NCBI GenBank assembly: GCA_001029735.1
Contig: CP011213.1
Coordinates: 268,087 to 332,086 of the forward strand
Direction: 5' to 3'
DNA length: 64,000 nt
Source: Berkelbacteria bacterium GW2011_GWE1_39_12
GTDB taxonomy: Bacteria > Patescibacteriota > UBA1384 > UBA12157
The translations under genes and the position numbers were made by a program. Below the pieces are notes generated by a model, which had not been told where the DNA came from, did not search any database, and worked only from the letters and a program-made list of their open reading frames with translations. Shown here piece by piece: positions 62,157 to 64,000 of this stretch; the stretch's first letter is position 1; every line of letters begins with the position of its first letter.

Positions 62157-62641
62157 GATACCGGATCCGGTTGCCAACCGATCCGGTATGACATTTTATC
62201 TAAAAACTTGTCATCCCGGACCGGCTGCAGCAGGATCCGGGATCCAGTAGACTTGTCATCCAGGGCTTGACTTGGGATCCAGATCTTCCCAGCCCGGATT
62301 ATCTTTTTCTATTAGTTCTATCTTCCATATCCTTTCCCAATTTTTGAGCTGTTTTTCTCTTTGAAGAGCTGATTTTATGTCATTGGTTTCTTCAAAATAA
62401 ACTAGACGGTTCACATTATATTTGCCGGTAAATCCATCTGAAGTTTTAGTCTTGTGTTGATAAATTCGCTTTGAGAGATCGGATGTGACTCCAATATACA
62501 GAGTACCGTTTCTTTTACTGGCCATGATGTAAACATAGTAATGTTTCATGGTTCTTTCTTTTGTCATTCCGGACAGGTCGACGCATGATCCGGAATCCAG
62601 GATAGATACCGGATCCTGCTTTCAGCCGGTCCGGCATGACA
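62157..62641. mobile_element. GIY-YIG gene wrapped in five REP-like palindromes
   Basis: TGTCAT.CC...GATCCGG.ATCCAG units at 62157, 62209, 62254, 62562, 62604. Confidence 0.75.
62256..62549 (-). CDS. GIY-YIG nuclease (UPF0213-like)
   Basis: YYVYIMAS...TLYIGVT...REKQLKNW.R.WKIELIE. Confidence 0.92.
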   Translation of the reverse strand: MKHYYVYIMASKRNGTLYIGVTSDLSKRIYQHKTKTSDGFTGKYNVNRLVYFEETNDIKSALQREKQLKNWERIWKIELIEKDNPGWEDLDPKSSPG

Positions 62642-62649
62642 ATTCAGTA

Positions 62650-63972
62650 TTAGGCTTTTTCGCCGCGTAAAATGAGGTTTTGGACAGCCATTAAAAGACC
62701 GACGAGAATCCAAATATGGATAATATATAAGGTTGAAAAGAAGTTATACTGAACCATTACTCCGACAAATGCCGCAAAAAGCCCGAACATAGTGGCGCGT
62801 AAAAACGGCTCTTTCGCCCGCTTTAAGGCTGCGAAACTTCGCCAAATAACCACCAAAAGGACCAAACCATAGGAAATCGCCCCAACCATACCAGTTTCAG
62901 CCAAAAGCTCGATAAACTGATTATTTACAATATCCCATCCTGTTTTAGGTGCAACTGGCGGATAGTCTTTGGCATATGGACCATAATTGCCGATTCCGAT
63001 CCCCAAAACCGGATTTTTCTTAAAAGCCGCATAGGCAAAATCAAAAGTACTTAAACGCCCTTGGACAGATTCGCTGCCGGTTTTCGCATCCTGCAAAGTG
63101 GCATGGGAAATAAAGTTATTTAAAGCTCGGCTTTCACTCTTCAGAAGAGCAAAATAAACTCCGCCTGCCACCGCCAAGAAGATGACAAAGATTGTAACTG
63201 TTTTACGGGTAAAAATTTGTTTAAAATAATAGATCGCAAAAAGTAGCAATGTGACTGCCAGCCCTAAATATCCGCCTCTGGAAACTGTTAAAACAAAATT
63301 AAGGAGCAAAACTGCCATCAAACTGATTAGCCACCAGCGCTTAAAAATGTTAACGTGCCCAAAATAATAAGCGAGCGCTAGTGAAAGCGGAATCAAGAGA
63401 TAGTTGGCAAAATACAGCGGCTCCATTGAAAGAGCTTGAATACGTGGAAAACCAAAAACCTTCGAATCATAACCGACCTTTAACTGAGTAATTGAATTTG
63501 GAAGTCCAACAACATTACCGCCAAATTGGAACAAGCCAAAAAGACCAATAAAACTGGCCGAAATAAACAAGGCCCAGATTGTTTTCTCGAGAGCCGATTT
63601 ATCTGGAATCATATTGACAGTCATAAATGAGAGAACGATGGTAAATAAGGAGAAAATTATCACTTCGATGCCGCGAGACAGGTTCAAAGCTTGGGTCAGT
63701 GAAAGCATTAAAGCAATAATAAACAACGATATTGGCCAAGCCAACGCATTCGGCTGAATCTTCCATTTTTTACCGTTAAACATTGAAGCCAAAAGCCAAG
63801 TTAGGATCGTTAAAAAACCAAGGATTGTATTAATTTTGACATCAACTCCCCCAAAAGCCAGGGTAGGAACACGTTCAAAGGGCAAGAAAAAGACGATGAG
63901 CAAAAATCCCAAGAATGGGTTTCTAAAAGTGAAATAAGATAAGATAATACCACCCAATAATAGCGGTACCAA
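62650..63972 (-). CDS. O-antigen ligase (Wzy_C) family protein, possibly 5'-truncated by window
   Basis: EPLYFANY, TVSRGG, NPVLGIG, ELLAETG. Confidence 0.85.
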   Translation of the reverse strand: MVPLLLGGIILSYFTFRNPFLGFLLIVFFLPFERVPTLAFGGVDVKINTILGFLTILTWLLASMFNGKKWKIQPNALAWPISLFIIALMLSLTQALNLSRGIEVIIFSLFTIVLSFMTVNMIPDKSALEKTIWALFISASFIGLFGLFQFGGNVVGLPNSITQLKVGYDSKVFGFPRIQALSMEPLYFANYLLIPLSLALAYYFGHVNIFKRWWLISLMAVLLLNFVLTVSRGGYLGLAVTLLLFAIYYFKQIFTRKTVTIFVIFLAVAGGVYFALLKSESRALNNFISHATLQDAKTGSESVQGRLSTFDFAYAAFKKNPVLGIGIGNYGPYAKDYPPVAPKTGWDIVNNQFIELLAETGMVGAISYGLVLLVVIWRSFAALKRAKEPFLRATMFGLFAAFVGVMVQYNFFSTLYIIHIWILVGLLMAVQNLILRGEKA

Positions 63973-64000
63973 AGCGTAACCGAGAGATCCGAAATGAGCC

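Overview
A 64-kb AT-rich bacterial chromosome segment using standard code 11. Gene content and style suggest Patescibacteria/CPR (inference). Core genes include gltX, rplS, rpmA, dnaE, ndk, a XerC/D-type recombinase, ychF, rpsF-ssb-rpsR-efp, groES/EL, trpS, a phosphomannomutase, pyrG, hppA, a surface-glycosylation cluster, tRNA-Glu(CTC) and tRNA-Gln(CTG). About 20 orphan genes are interleaved with them, most with their own promoter, SD and terminator. The most unusual signal is a dispersed ~39-bp bulged hairpin with covarying stem (GAAATTAT-R-GYCAARY-loop-RYTTGYC-GCGG-AAATTTCT), seen at about eight loci. At three loci its AAATTAT edge is the junction with a stranded copy of a host gene end (tRNA-Glu, a GT4 gene, efp). 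Further stranded gene ends occur at trpS and pyrG, the latter fused to a vanW 3' end by 7-bp microhomology. At least three palindromic repeat families sit in frame inside proteins, and one GIY-YIG gene is wrapped in REP-like repeats. All calls are by eye; no database searches were run.
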